Both the position numbers and the translations under genes were made by a program. Below, in pieces: positions 26,805 to 36,465 of a DNA stretch of 64,000 nucleotides; the first letter of the stretch is position 1; the number at the start of each line of letters is the position of its first letter. The notes beneath the pieces are model-generated. The model was given only the letters and a program-made list of their open reading frames with translations, made no database searches and was not told the origin of the DNA. Origin of the DNA: an uncultured Pseudomonadota bacterium (GTDB lineage: Bacteria; Babelota; Babeliae; Babelales; RVW-14); assembly GCA_964568625.1 (NCBI GenBank), contig CAZMQG010000004.1:16289-80288 (forward strand). The letters are read 5' to 3'.

Positions 26805-27181
26805 AACAGGCAGCCTATTTTTTATAAAAATAGTGAAATTGCTGGTGTTACAGAAATAAATTCTAAAAATATATCAAAGAATCTTGAGTGAAGTGTGGTT
26901 TTTTGCTAAATTCAAGGCACAAGAGTTATGTTTTAGGTTTTTATTATAACTAGCTTTGGCTAGTATTAATGGAATTAAATGCTGGTGTTTTTATATTCTA
27001 AAGTTTTTTTTCTTTTCCGAATAAATATCCCCTGCGGGGGATAAGTAAAATTGGGCTTAAAAAGTCTGTTTTTGATTAATTAGCCTTTATATCTTATAAT
27101 TCTTATGTTCAAAATTATTGTTTAACCTTATGCAAGTTAAGTCTTGCGTGCAAGCCTTGTCTTGTTAATTTTAGGATTGCC

Positions 27182-30064
27182 ATGAGTGAGACAGAGAAAA
27201 GTAATAAAAATCCGTTTCAGCATACGCTGAATCTACCAAAAACCGAGTTTTCAATCCGTGCGAATTCTGCAATTAAAGAGCCTGAGATTTTAAAACGCTG
27301 GGAAGAGGGTGATCTTTATAAAAAAGGGACATCAAAAAATAAGGGTAATAAAAAATTTATTCTGCATGATGGTCCTCCATATGCCAACGGTAACTTGCAC
27401 ACCGGCCATGCACTGAACAATATTTTAAAAGATATCGTGTGCAAAGTGAAAAGAATGGATGGATGTTATGTTCCATTTGTTCCCGGATGGGACTGTCACG
27501 GCTTGCCAATCGAATTAAAGGTTACTGCCGAGTTAGGCATTGAAAGAACCAGAGAAACGATTGATCGTGTAACATTTAAAAAACATTGCCGTGATTATGC
27601 TTCAAAGTGGATAGATATTCAGCGCGAAGAGCTCAAAGATATGGGACAACTGGCAGACTATGACCACTCTTATCTGACCATGAGCAAGCCATATGAAGCT
27701 GACATTTTGCGAGCGTTCGGCATTTTTGTTGAAAAAGGTTATATCGAACGTAAAGGTAAGGCTGTGCCTTGGTGCGCATCGTGCCAAACGGTTTTGGCAA
27801 CAGCCGAAATTGAGTACAAAGATCGCAAAGACCCAGCAATCTACGTTTTCTTTCCAGTTGAAGATCAAACAGCAAAGCTTGTTTTTCCATATGCATTTGA
27901 GCAAAAACCAGATTTGAAACTTGGATTTTTGGTTTGGACCACAACTCCTTGGACCTTGCCTCTCAACCGAGCAGTTGTTCTTAACCCAACGGCAAAATAT
28001 GTAATAATCCAAGGCAAAGAGCCAAATCAGGCTTATATTGTCGGTAAAGAGTTGGCCGGTAAAATTTGTTCCATGTTGAATATCGAAAAACATGAACTTT
28101 GCGAATTTGATCCAGACGTCTTTGCAGGTAAAAAAGTTAATCACCCATTTATTCCAGGTTTTCAGGTTCCAGTTTTAACCGGTGATCTTGTTACAACGAC
28201 AGACGGAACTGCCTGCTTACATTGTGCACCAGGTTGCGGACTTGAAGATTATATCTTTGGGGTTAAGAGTGGGCTTGAAGTTTATTCGCCAATCTCTGAC
28301 GATGGAAAATATACTTTTGGAATAAAGCCTGAAGAACTTGATGCAATGCCTGTTGTTGACGGTCAAATCTGGGTAATAAGAAAACTGGCAGAGCTAGGCA
28401 GATTGATTCACAAAGAATCCATCACTCACTCATATCCACACTGCTGGCGTTGCCGCAATGGGTTGATCTTTAGGGCAACGGACCAATGGTTTTGTGATTT
28501 GCAAAAAAATGATTTGGTTCAGAAGACATTAAAAGAGATTGAGAAAATTAATTTTATTCCGGAGTGGGGCAAAAACCGTTTAATGGCATTTACATCAAAC
28601 CGTACGGAATGGTGTATTTCTCGCCAAAGAATCTGGGGAACGCCAATACCTGCACTGCTTTGTGAGTATTGCGATAATGCTTTTATTAGTGCTGAATTTG
28701 TTAACTGGGTGGCAGACAATGTTGAGAAAGAAGGTATTGAATTTTGGGACAGAGTGACGGTTCAAGACTTGATTGATGCCGGCGTTACTCCAAAAAATCT
28801 TAAGTGCTCAAAGTGTGGCAACTCTGATTTGGCAAAATTTAAAAAAGAACAAGACATCCTTGATGTCTGGTTTGATTCCGGTGCAAGCTTTTTTGCAGTT
28901 CTAGCCCGCGATCCTGAAAAATTAGGCGTTCCGGCAGATCTTTATCTTGAAGGCTCAGACCAACACCGTGGATGGTTCCAGAGTTCATTGTTGTGCTCAA
29001 TGGTTATCAATGGCTATGCCCAGACAAAAAATATATTAACTCATGGCTATGTTGTTGATGAAAAAAAATTGAAGATGTCAAAATCACTTGGCAATGTAAT
29101 TGCGCCTCAAGATATTGTTAAAAAACACAGTCGCGATATTTTGCGTCTGTGGGTTGCAAGTTCAGACTTTGAGGGTGAAGTTGTTGTATCCGAAAAAGTT
29201 TTGAGTAACGTCTCTGAGATGTACAAAAAGATTCGCAACACATGCCGCTTTTTGATCTCTAACCTTTATGATTTTGATATTGCAAAAGATGGTGTTGCAT
29301 TCAATGATATGCTTGCAATCGATCAGTATGCAATGGCAAAACTTGTTGAAATTGATAAGACAATCAGATCTGCCTACGAAAATTACAAGTTCTCACTTGT
29401 TGTTTCTACATTGAATAATTACTGCGCAAACGATTTGAGTGCACTTTACCTTGATGTATCCAAAGACCGTTTGTATGTTGAGCAAGCAGATGGCCATATG
29501 CGCCGATCAGTCCAGACTGTGTTGTATCACAACCTTGATACAATTGCGCGTTTGATGGCTCCGGTTTTATCTTTCTTGGCTGAAGAGGTTTCTGATTTTT
29601 ATCAAAAAGATAAATCGGATTCAATTCACCTTCAGAATTTCTTAAGCCCGGTGTTTACACAAGATTACATGAGCGTAGCAGTTTGGCCTTTGCTCGAAGC
29701 AATGCGTGATAATGTTCTTAAAGCAATTGAGGGCTTGAGAGAAAAAGGCATTGTTAAACACTCACTAGAAGCCAAAGTGTTACTTCATGTTAATTCGGAT
29801 TCAGAAGAAGGTAAGCAGTTGTTGGACTTTATCGATAAACTATCCAAGAAAGAAGACGTCACCAGATTCTTCAAAGACTGGTTTATCGTTTCTCAAGTTG
29901 AGTTTGAGAAAAATAACAAGCACCTAGAGGCAACAGATTTAAACTGGCTGCATGTTAAGATCGAACATGCTGATGGGATTAAATGCTTGCGCTGTTGGCA
30001 GTGGGAAGTAACAGATAATCCTGAACAACTGTGTAAACGTTGCTGTGATGTTTTGAAAAAATAA
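27182..30064 (+). CDS. ileS: Isoleucine--tRNA ligase
   Basis: 960 aa. HDGPPYANGNLHTGHALN (HIGH), KMSKSLGNV (KMSKS), WCISRQRIWGTPIP, and a C-terminal Zn-binding CLRCW...CKRCC. Confidence 0.97.
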   Translation: MSETEKSNKNPFQHTLNLPKTEFSIRANSAIKEPEILKRWEEGDLYKKGTSKNKGNKKFILHDGPPYANGNLHTGHALNNILKDIVCKVKRMDGCYVPFVPGWDCHGLPIELKVTAELGIERTRETIDRVTFKKHCRDYASKWIDIQREELKDMGQLADYDHSYLTMSKPYEADILRAFGIFVEKGYIERKGKAVPWCASCQTVLATAEIEYKDRKDPAIYVFFPVEDQTAKLVFPYAFEQKPDLKLGFLVWTTTPWTLPLNRAVVLNPTAKYVIIQGKEPNQAYIVGKELAGKICSMLNIEKHELCEFDPDVFAGKKVNHPFIPGFQVPVLTGDLVTTTDGTACLHCAPGCGLEDYIFGVKSGLEVYSPISDDGKYTFGIKPEELDAMPVVDGQIWVIRKLAELGRLIHKESITHSYPHCWRCRNGLIFRATDQWFCDLQKNDLVQKTLKEIEKINFIPEWGKNRLMAFTSNRTEWCISRQRIWGTPIPALLCEYCDNAFISAEFVNWVADNVEKEGIEFWDRVTVQDLIDAGVTPKNLKCSKCGNSDLAKFKKEQDILDVWFDSGASFFAVLARDPEKLGVPADLYLEGSDQHRGWFQSSLLCSMVINGYAQTKNILTHGYVVDEKKLKMSKSLGNVIAPQDIVKKHSRDILRLWVASSDFEGEVVVSEKVLSNVSEMYKKIRNTCRFLISNLYDFDIAKDGVAFNDMLAIDQYAMAKLVEIDKTIRSAYENYKFSLVVSTLNNYCANDLSALYLDVSKDRLYVEQADGHMRRSVQTVLYHNLDTIARLMAPVLSFLAEEVSDFYQKDKSDSIHLQNFLSPVFTQDYMSVAVWPLLEAMRDNVLKAIEGLREKGIVKHSLEAKVLLHVNSDSEEGKQLLDFIDKLSKKEDVTRFFKDWFIVSQVEFEKNNKHLEATDLNWLHVKIEHADGIKCLRCWQWEVTDNPEQLCKRCCDVLKK

Positions 30065-30090
30065 AATAAATTCAAAATAATTTTGTGTAT

Positions 30091-30130
30091 AACTTCTAGA
30101 ATTAGTTAAGGGGCGCGGATGCGCCCCTTA
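30091..30130. repeat. Left copy of a perfect 40-bp inverted repeat (contains a GC hairpin terminator)
   Basis: aacttctagaattagttaaggggcgcggatgcgcccctta. Its exact reverse complement occurs at 31879-31918. The internal hairpin aaggggcgc-ggat-gcgcccctt lies 27 nt after the ileS stop. Confidence 0.9.
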
Positions 30131-30233
30131 ATTTGTTAACTCACTTCTTTGCATTTATGCCGATATTCTGTTATATTTTGCGTACTTTTTTGATTATAAA
30201 TTACATAAATCTTTAGAAGCACAAGGAATCATC

Positions 30234-31838
30234 ATGCTTGTCAGGTTTTCAAAAATTTATCAGGTTTTAATATTTTTGGCGAGTATAAATAGTGTCTGTT
30301 TATGCGGTTCCAATACAAATAAATATGAGTCAAATAAAAATGTAAACACTGACTGGACCGAGATCTTTAAAGACTATAAAAATGCAGTAGTTCAGATATT
30401 TTCAGATTCTGAAGAATATAACTATTATATTCCATATTTAACGGGGAACAAATATAAAAAACAGGGCTCTGGTTTTTTTATATCAAATGATGGATATATT
30501 ATTACAAATTACCATGTTGTGGAGAATGCAATATCGGTTGAAGTTCAACTTCCATGTACTGGTAAAAATAAACTTAAGACAACAATAGAGTGTGTTTATC
30601 CATCCAAGGATCTGGCACTTTTAAAACTAACTGACGAAAGCTTGAAAACATTAAAAAAAGTTTTGCCGGGATCTAAGATAACGTTTTTTGAACTAGGAGA
30701 TTCGGATACATTGATAGAGGCTGAAGATGTTATGATAGTTGGATATCCACTTGGACAAGAAAATCTAAAAATTTCTAGGGGACAAATATCCGGATGGGAA
30801 GGAAAGTGGATTCAGACAACAGCACCGGTAAATTCTGGAAATTCAGGAGGTCCCTGTTTGAATAAGCGTGGGCATGTTGTTGGAATTGTATGTATGAAGT
30901 CTTATGTTGCTGAAGGGATTGGATACTTAATATCAGTAAATACACTAAAACAAGAATTACAAAATTTAAAAGAAAATAAAGTTCTACATGAGCCATGGTT
31001 GGGTTTGTTTGTCCACGGTACAACCGAGATATTGTTAAGCCATTTAAATGCTCCTACTGATGGTGGACTTTATGTCTACGAGATACAAAAGAATTCTCTT
31101 GCATATAAATCAGGAATTCAACAAGGGGATATTCTTTATTCTGTAAATGGATACAAGATAGATCATTATGGATACATTAATTTAGTGGACAAGGGAAATG
31201 TTTGGTCTTTTAGTTATGTTTACGAACAGCCCGTTTATTCGGATGTAAAATTTGTAATTTATAGAAATGGATTAAAGAGAACCATCCAATTAAACCTGGA
31301 TAGCGATGATCCTTTTAAAATAAGATGTTTTTATCCGAATTTTGATCCAAGTCCGGAATATGAAGTTATTGGAGGTTTAATTGTATCCGAATTGACATAC
31401 AATCACTTGAATATGCTCTTAGAAAGATTTAAGCAAAATATTTTAAATTACAAATCTATTTCAAATTCGCTTAAATATTTTCAACCTGATAAATTGTTTG
31501 ATTCGCGAATTGTTATTTTAGGAAGATTAAAAGATTCTGAATGTGATAAAAATTACTGGATCAGTTTTGGGGATATAATTTCTAAAATTAACGGAGTTAT
31601 CGTAAAAACTATGGATGATTTTAGAAATGCCATATTAAAGAATTATGCAAATGATTACATAATAATAGAATTAGAAACCGGTGAGGTTGCAATTTTATCA
31701 ATTTACGAAATATTGAAAAATGAAGATGCTTTGGCTGAAAAGCATTTGTTTACTAAATCTGATCTAGTAAAACAGTTAGAGGAGAAGAGACAAAATTCTG
31801 AAGTACTGGCAAAACCAATTAAACAAAAAAAACTTTGA
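30234..31838 (+). CDS. Trypsin-like serine protease, HtrA/Deg family, with PDZ-like C-terminal domains and signal peptide
   Basis: Catalytic triad contexts ITNYHVV, KDLALLKL, NSGNSGGPC. Leader FSKIYQVLIFLASINSVCLCG. The long C-terminal region resembles Deg9/Nma111-type tandem PDZ architecture. Confidence 0.85.
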   Translation: MLVRFSKIYQVLIFLASINSVCLCGSNTNKYESNKNVNTDWTEIFKDYKNAVVQIFSDSEEYNYYIPYLTGNKYKKQGSGFFISNDGYIITNYHVVENAISVEVQLPCTGKNKLKTTIECVYPSKDLALLKLTDESLKTLKKVLPGSKITFFELGDSDTLIEAEDVMIVGYPLGQENLKISRGQISGWEGKWIQTTAPVNSGNSGGPCLNKRGHVVGIVCMKSYVAEGIGYLISVNTLKQELQNLKENKVLHEPWLGLFVHGTTEILLSHLNAPTDGGLYVYEIQKNSLAYKSGIQQGDILYSVNGYKIDHYGYINLVDKGNVWSFSYVYEQPVYSDVKFVIYRNGLKRTIQLNLDSDDPFKIRCFYPNFDPSPEYEVIGGLIVSELTYNHLNMLLERFKQNILNYKSISNSLKYFQPDKLFDSRIVILGRLKDSECDKNYWISFGDIISKINGVIVKTMDDFRNAILKNYANDYIIIELETGEVAILSIYEILKNEDALAEKHLFTKSDLVKQLEEKRQNSEVLAKPIKQKKL

Positions 31839-31878
31839 GATGTATTTGTAAATAAGTGATAAAAAATATGAAAAACAG

Positions 31879-31918
31879 TAAGGGGCGCATCCGCGCCCCT
31901 TAACTAATTCTAGAAGTT
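31879..31918. repeat. Right copy of the perfect 40-bp inverted repeat (terminator hairpin)
   Basis: taaggggcgcatccgcgccccttaactaattctagaagtt is the exact reverse complement of 30091-30130. On the minus strand the hairpin is followed by actgttttt, downstream of the ORF ending at 31954. Confidence 0.9.
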
Positions 31919-31953
31919 TTAGCGTTAAATTTGGATTTTAGATTAAGTTTTGG

Positions 31954-32973
31954 TTAGTTATGGTCCGTTTCCGGTGTTTTTCCCATAGCTTTAATAAATC
32001 TATCCAAATATCTTTCAGATGGTTTTTTTGTTACATTACTTTTCAAATCCAGAAACTCTTTAATTTCTTCTTTTGCTGTTTTTATAACAAACTCTTTATC
32101 GACTTTACCTCTTTGAATATTTTTGTTTATTTTTTTCATTATTTTGCGAGTTAAAGTTTCATTATTTTTTGCACTTATTCCCTTATTTCTAATCATTAAA
32201 ACAACCAGCTTTTCTGCAATTGGAGCTGAGATTTTTTCCGGAACAACTGCTTTTCGTTTTCGTTTGGGATTACTTTGGGTATTGGGGTTTACAGGATTTC
32301 CATTTTGGTTTTCCGCTTCAAGTTTATTAAAAACTTTTCCAATAATCTCCGGAATGGCAGATTCATCAACGACAAGTTCGTTAAAATCATTAAAATATGC
32401 AGCCTTATCGAGTTTTTTGTAAACCATGCCTTTAACCTTATTCCAGTACTCTTTTACTTCAGTGCTATTTTTAACTTGTAGTTTGTTTACCACGAAATCT
32501 TTTGTTGTGGCCCGAATTCTACGGCGTGCTAATTTGTAATTAACCTCATTAGTAGATCTCTTAAGTTTGAAATTTTCAGGATAAAGAGATTTTAGGTAAA
32601 GCTTGAAGTCTTTTTGAATTTTACGTGAATTTGATTGGTTGATATTACCTTCTTGTGAGTTTTCGTATATCAAGCTGCGGCCTTTGGCAATAAATGATTC
32701 TATTTGTTCCGGTGTAAGGTTTAGATTATGTTTTGCGATTTGTTTATTGAGATAAAGCTTAAAATCTTGTAGTGCTTGGTGTGCCGAAAGTGACATGTCA
32801 CGCAGTGATTCATCACTCTGAGATGCTTCATCAGTAAGCGAAGGCTCAGTTAGTGATATATCATTGACAGGTAAGTCTTCTTGTATGGGATCTTTGGTGC
32901 TTCCATTTAAGCCAAAAGTTGAGAAATTAAGTAAAATTATTGATATGAGTAACCAATTTCTAAATGTTTTCAT
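31954..32973 (-). CDS. Hypothetical secreted Lys-rich protein with a classical NLS-like motif
   Basis: Signal peptide MKTFRNWLLISIILLNFSTFG. Repeated DFKLYLNK / DFKLYLKS. NPKRKRKAV encoded at 32251-32268. Confidence 0.6.
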   Translation of the reverse strand: MKTFRNWLLISIILLNFSTFGLNGSTKDPIQEDLPVNDISLTEPSLTDEASQSDESLRDMSLSAHQALQDFKLYLNKQIAKHNLNLTPEQIESFIAKGRSLIYENSQEGNINQSNSRKIQKDFKLYLKSLYPENFKLKRSTNEVNYKLARRRIRATTKDFVVNKLQVKNSTEVKEYWNKVKGMVYKKLDKAAYFNDFNELVVDESAIPEIIGKVFNKLEAENQNGNPVNPNTQSNPKRKRKAVVPEKISAPIAEKLVVLMIRNKGISAKNNETLTRKIMKKINKNIQRGKVDKEFVIKTAKEEIKEFLDLKSNVTKKPSERYLDRFIKAMGKTPETDHN

Positions 32974-33387
32974 GAGCTTCTCCCCCCTTTAATAAAACCT
33001 TGAATTTAAAATGTATTTGAGTTTATTACCTTTTCAACATGATTTTATAACTTTGATTTCATATTAGTCAATAAACCGGAAAGATAATGAAATTCGGCCA
33101 GTAGATAAAGGTTTTATGTAAAGACAGAAATTTGCAGAAAATTATACGTGAAGACTTTTTTGAAAAGTGTGCGAAAAAAGTAACAGATTTAAAATTTGTA
33201 GGATGTTAAATTTTAAATTTTTTTACGATGCTTAAAATAATCGTAATTATACTTATCATCCATAAAAGTTTGAGTGCTATTATTTTTATAAAAGCTCTGT
33301 TGTTTGACCGCATTCTCCTGTTCCTTTCGTTATTAAAACTACTGTATTTAGAATGCTGAATTTGACGTGTTTTTGTCAATGGTTTAG

Positions 33388-33435
33388 ATAAAAAAAGAAG
33401 CACACGTTGGTGCGGTGCGGCGCTCAACGTGTGCT
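33388..33435 (-). terminator. Rho-independent terminator for the 36411-33479 operon
   Basis: 11-bp stem agcacacgttg / caacgtgtgct with a GC-rich loop. On the minus strand it is followed by ttcttttttta, about 45 nt after the stop at 33479. Confidence 0.75.
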
Positions 33436-33478
33436 CAGACTGAGGTTTTTGGTTTCTTTATTTATAATTTATAGTCTC

Positions 33479-35329
33479 TTATTTATAATCTCTTACTTCA
33501 GTATCTTGGATATTTCCAAAAAGTTTCAGTAATTTACTTACTCTATTTATCATAATTTTGCCGGCGTCTGATGCTGGATCTAAATCAGGGGTACCACCTC
33601 CTGGTTTGATTTCTTTTTTTAGTAAATTCTCAAATTTTGTTTGGTTTTGTTTTAATATGTCACTGCCTACATATCCATGCAGGAGTAGTTGATCCATAAG
33701 GGTTTTACCCTGAGCCTGTTGTTTGTGCATTTCTTGGATTTCCGGATTTGCTGTGTTTTCGTCTTGTTCTGAATATGTTGCTGCTTGAATAAGTGTTGGC
33801 ATAAATTCATTCCAAAGTGCCATCTCTTTTTCTTTTATCTCTTTTGGGTTATCCAGTTTCATTAACTTTGATTCCCTTTTTTCAACCAACTCCAAAACTT
33901 GAGTGAAAAAGCCTTTTGTAGCCAAATTTTTATAGATTTCATTATTTTTCTTAATATCGGGTTTGCTTGTTGATTTTGGTTTTAAATCTTTTGTATTTTG
34001 TGCAATAAAATTGTTGATTATTTCCGTGTAGTTTTTTATTTGATTCAGAATAGCATCGGCTTTCGATTTCTTTTTATCAGCTTTTTCATGGATTTTTGAT
34101 TCTTCGTTCCCATAGAATTGTTCAATTTTTTCTGAAATTTTACCGGATGATTCAGAGATATATCTATAAAGTTTCAGCGAACTCAGTAGGGCACGACCTA
34201 CTTTTTGTGCCTCAGTTACACCTTCAGCCCCGGATTTAACTTCTAGGGCGCTAACAATTTGTGGCGCAAACTTTTCCCACATGCTTTTTTCTTGTTCTAA
34301 ATTTTTAATTCTATATCCAGTGGCGCCATAATTTTTTTGAGGTACACTATTTGCTTGATCAGATTTTTGATTGTCTTGTTTATCCGGAATTTTGATTAAC
34401 TCTTGTTGCCGTGTATCAAAAAGATTTTTTAATTCTACAAGTGTTGCCCCTGTTGCTAGCTCTTTTATTGCCGCTTGGCTTCCAATTTTTTCATTTTCTC
34501 TGGCAAGAATAGCCTGAATCCGATTTGTTAAATTGTCGACGTAAGCGATAGATTTTTTGATGTCTTTGTTTTTTTCAGATTCGGAAAATCCACCTTTTTT
34601 CTCATCCTCTCCGTCTTTTCCTGTTGTTATGGATTTATCCTGTTCTTGGTTTTTTAATGCATTGTCTCCCTTGTATTTATCCCAATAGCTTGAGCTTGGG
34701 TTGTATCCGCTATATCCTCCGTAACTGCTTCCATAACCCCCATAACCTCCGCTGCGATTTCGTGAAGGACTCCAGTCGCGTCCACCATATCCACCTGACG
34801 GACGATATGATGGAGAGTATGAATATGGTCGTTTGGATTTCATTTGTTCTATTCGTCGTGCTGCCTCTTTTTCTTCTTGCTCTCTCTGCTTTTTCTTTTC
34901 CTCGAGAGCTTTTTTTGCTTCAGGTCCTTTTACTACTTTTGAAAGATCGTTAGCAAGAGGTGTTATTTTTTGATTTAAAATATTGATAATTTCTTGTTCT
35001 AATTTTTTGCCTTTATTATCGGAATTTATACGTGTTGGAATGTCAAATAAAAGTGGTGATTGTTCAAAACTTGGTGTGACCGAATATCCTTTAGAAGTTT
35101 CTTTTGGGATTGACTGTATTGTTGAATCTTTACTTTGAGCTTGTGTTGCACTCGAGTCCGGATTTTTGTTCGGATCCTGAGATTCAAGTTGTTTTAAAAA
35201 ATCTTCGAATGAAAAGTTTTCTGACGTGCTTGCAGGTAATTCATCTCCTGCGTATAACCCGGTATATACATGAAATGACAAGCCTGCTTGAAGTAAAATT
35301 AAACTTAATAAATAAAGTAACTTTTTCAT
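33479..35329 (-). CDS. Hypothetical secreted protein with a Gly/Tyr/Ser/Arg-rich low-complexity segment
   Basis: 616 aa. Signal peptide MKKLLYLLSLILLQAGLSF. Low-complexity segment PYSYSPSYRPSGGYGGRDWSPSRNRSGGYGGYGSSYGGYSGYNPSSSYW (34682-34831). The start overlaps the upstream stop (ATGA). Confidence 0.65.
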   Translation of the reverse strand: MKKLLYLLSLILLQAGLSFHVYTGLYAGDELPASTSENFSFEDFLKQLESQDPNKNPDSSATQAQSKDSTIQSIPKETSKGYSVTPSFEQSPLLFDIPTRINSDNKGKKLEQEIINILNQKITPLANDLSKVVKGPEAKKALEEKKKQREQEEKEAARRIEQMKSKRPYSYSPSYRPSGGYGGRDWSPSRNRSGGYGGYGSSYGGYSGYNPSSSYWDKYKGDNALKNQEQDKSITTGKDGEDEKKGGFSESEKNKDIKKSIAYVDNLTNRIQAILARENEKIGSQAAIKELATGATLVELKNLFDTRQQELIKIPDKQDNQKSDQANSVPQKNYGATGYRIKNLEQEKSMWEKFAPQIVSALEVKSGAEGVTEAQKVGRALLSSLKLYRYISESSGKISEKIEQFYGNEESKIHEKADKKKSKADAILNQIKNYTEIINNFIAQNTKDLKPKSTSKPDIKKNNEIYKNLATKGFFTQVLELVEKRESKLMKLDNPKEIKEKEMALWNEFMPTLIQAATYSEQDENTANPEIQEMHKQQAQGKTLMDQLLLHGYVGSDILKQNQTKFENLLKKEIKPGGGTPDLDPASDAGKIMINRVSKLLKLFGNIQDTEVRDYK

Positions 35330-36411
35330 CTTGGGACTCCGGTTTGTACTTCAGACAGTGTATCAATTGGAGTGTAAATTTTGGGTTGCGTCTGTGATTC
35401 GATTTCAAGTGCCTTAGATTTGATATTTTTATAATCTTGTGTTTTCTTTGCAGAGCTTGAATTTTTTTGAGTGGTGGTCGATTTAGTTTTTGCGCCGCGT
35501 ACTTTGGGTTTAAGAGGGACTAGTGGCGTGTATCCGGGTAAAGATTCCATTTGTGTGTCGGCAAGTTCTTCAAGGGTTGCTTTATCCTCTTCTTTAGCCT
35601 CTTCTTCTTCTGTAACCTTTAGTTTTTCATTTAACACATTCAATTCATCAATCAGGGATAAATATCTTTGTCGGAGTTGCTTCATTGAATTTTGTAGAGC
35701 TGTATCAGCTTGCGCCTGTTTGCCAAAACCTGAGAATGATTTTGGCGCAGGTGTGTCTGAAAAATCAAAATCAGCACTGTCTTGAGAGATGTCTTGTTTG
35801 GAATCATGTGGTGTTGAAGTACTTGTTTGGGTAGTCAAAAATATTTTTTGATAAACTTTTTTACTATTAATTAACTCGCTTGCTACAACTATTTCATCTA
35901 TTTTTTTTCTTATTTCATATAAATATTTTTCTTTGAATTGTGGAGATAGCTTTTTATTGGCCTCAATGTTTTTTTCAAAAATTGTTAAATTTTTATCCAT
36001 CTCTTGTACGTAACTTGAAAGAGCCTTACGAGACTCTTTGGTAGGTTCGGTTGTTTTTTTGTTTTTAGTTTCAACTATTTTTGTATCAGGATTAAGAAAA
36101 AGAGTTCGACGGTCTTTTTTAGGCCCAAGGGTTTTTGTTTCAGTTGTTTTTCCAGTCGAGCCGGAGATCCCAGACGTTGCACCTGTTGCCGGAACGGGAG
36201 GCATTTTTGGTAAATCTACTTTATCTTCCGCTTCTCCGAGCATTTTTTCCATGTCTTTTGCCAGTTGTTCAAAATCAATATTTTTGAACAGATCTTCAAA
36301 GGCATCTGCTTTAAGCTGAGACTTTTTAATAAAAAATGAGAAGCTTGCGCTTATTGCGCAAAATGTGATAAATGCCAGAAAACGTGATGTTTTTGAATGT
36401 GATATTTTCAT
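35326..36411 (-). CDS. Hypothetical secreted Lys/Thr/Glu-rich protein
   Basis: 361 aa. Leader SRFLAFITFCAISASFSFF. Translationally coupled to the downstream ORF. Confidence 0.6.
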   Translation of the reverse strand: MKISHSKTSRFLAFITFCAISASFSFFIKKSQLKADAFEDLFKNIDFEQLAKDMEKMLGEAEDKVDLPKMPPVPATGATSGISGSTGKTTETKTLGPKKDRRTLFLNPDTKIVETKNKKTTEPTKESRKALSSYVQEMDKNLTIFEKNIEANKKLSPQFKEKYLYEIRKKIDEIVVASELINSKKVYQKIFLTTQTSTSTPHDSKQDISQDSADFDFSDTPAPKSFSGFGKQAQADTALQNSMKQLRQRYLSLIDELNVLNEKLKVTEEEEAKEEDKATLEELADTQMESLPGYTPLVPLKPKVRGAKTKSTTTQKNSSSAKKTQDYKNIKSKALEIESQTQPKIYTPIDTLSEVQTGVPR

Positions 36412-36465
36412 AGCCTCGTCCCCCGATTATAAAAGGCTAAAATAATTAATTTCTAATATAATTTT

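Noticed and set aside
33206-33427. A 73-aa minus-strand ORF downstream of the 616-aa gene.
   Set aside because: Its 5' end overlaps the terminator hairpin at 33388-33435. It has no RBS and an Arg/Asn/Ile-rich junk-like sequence.
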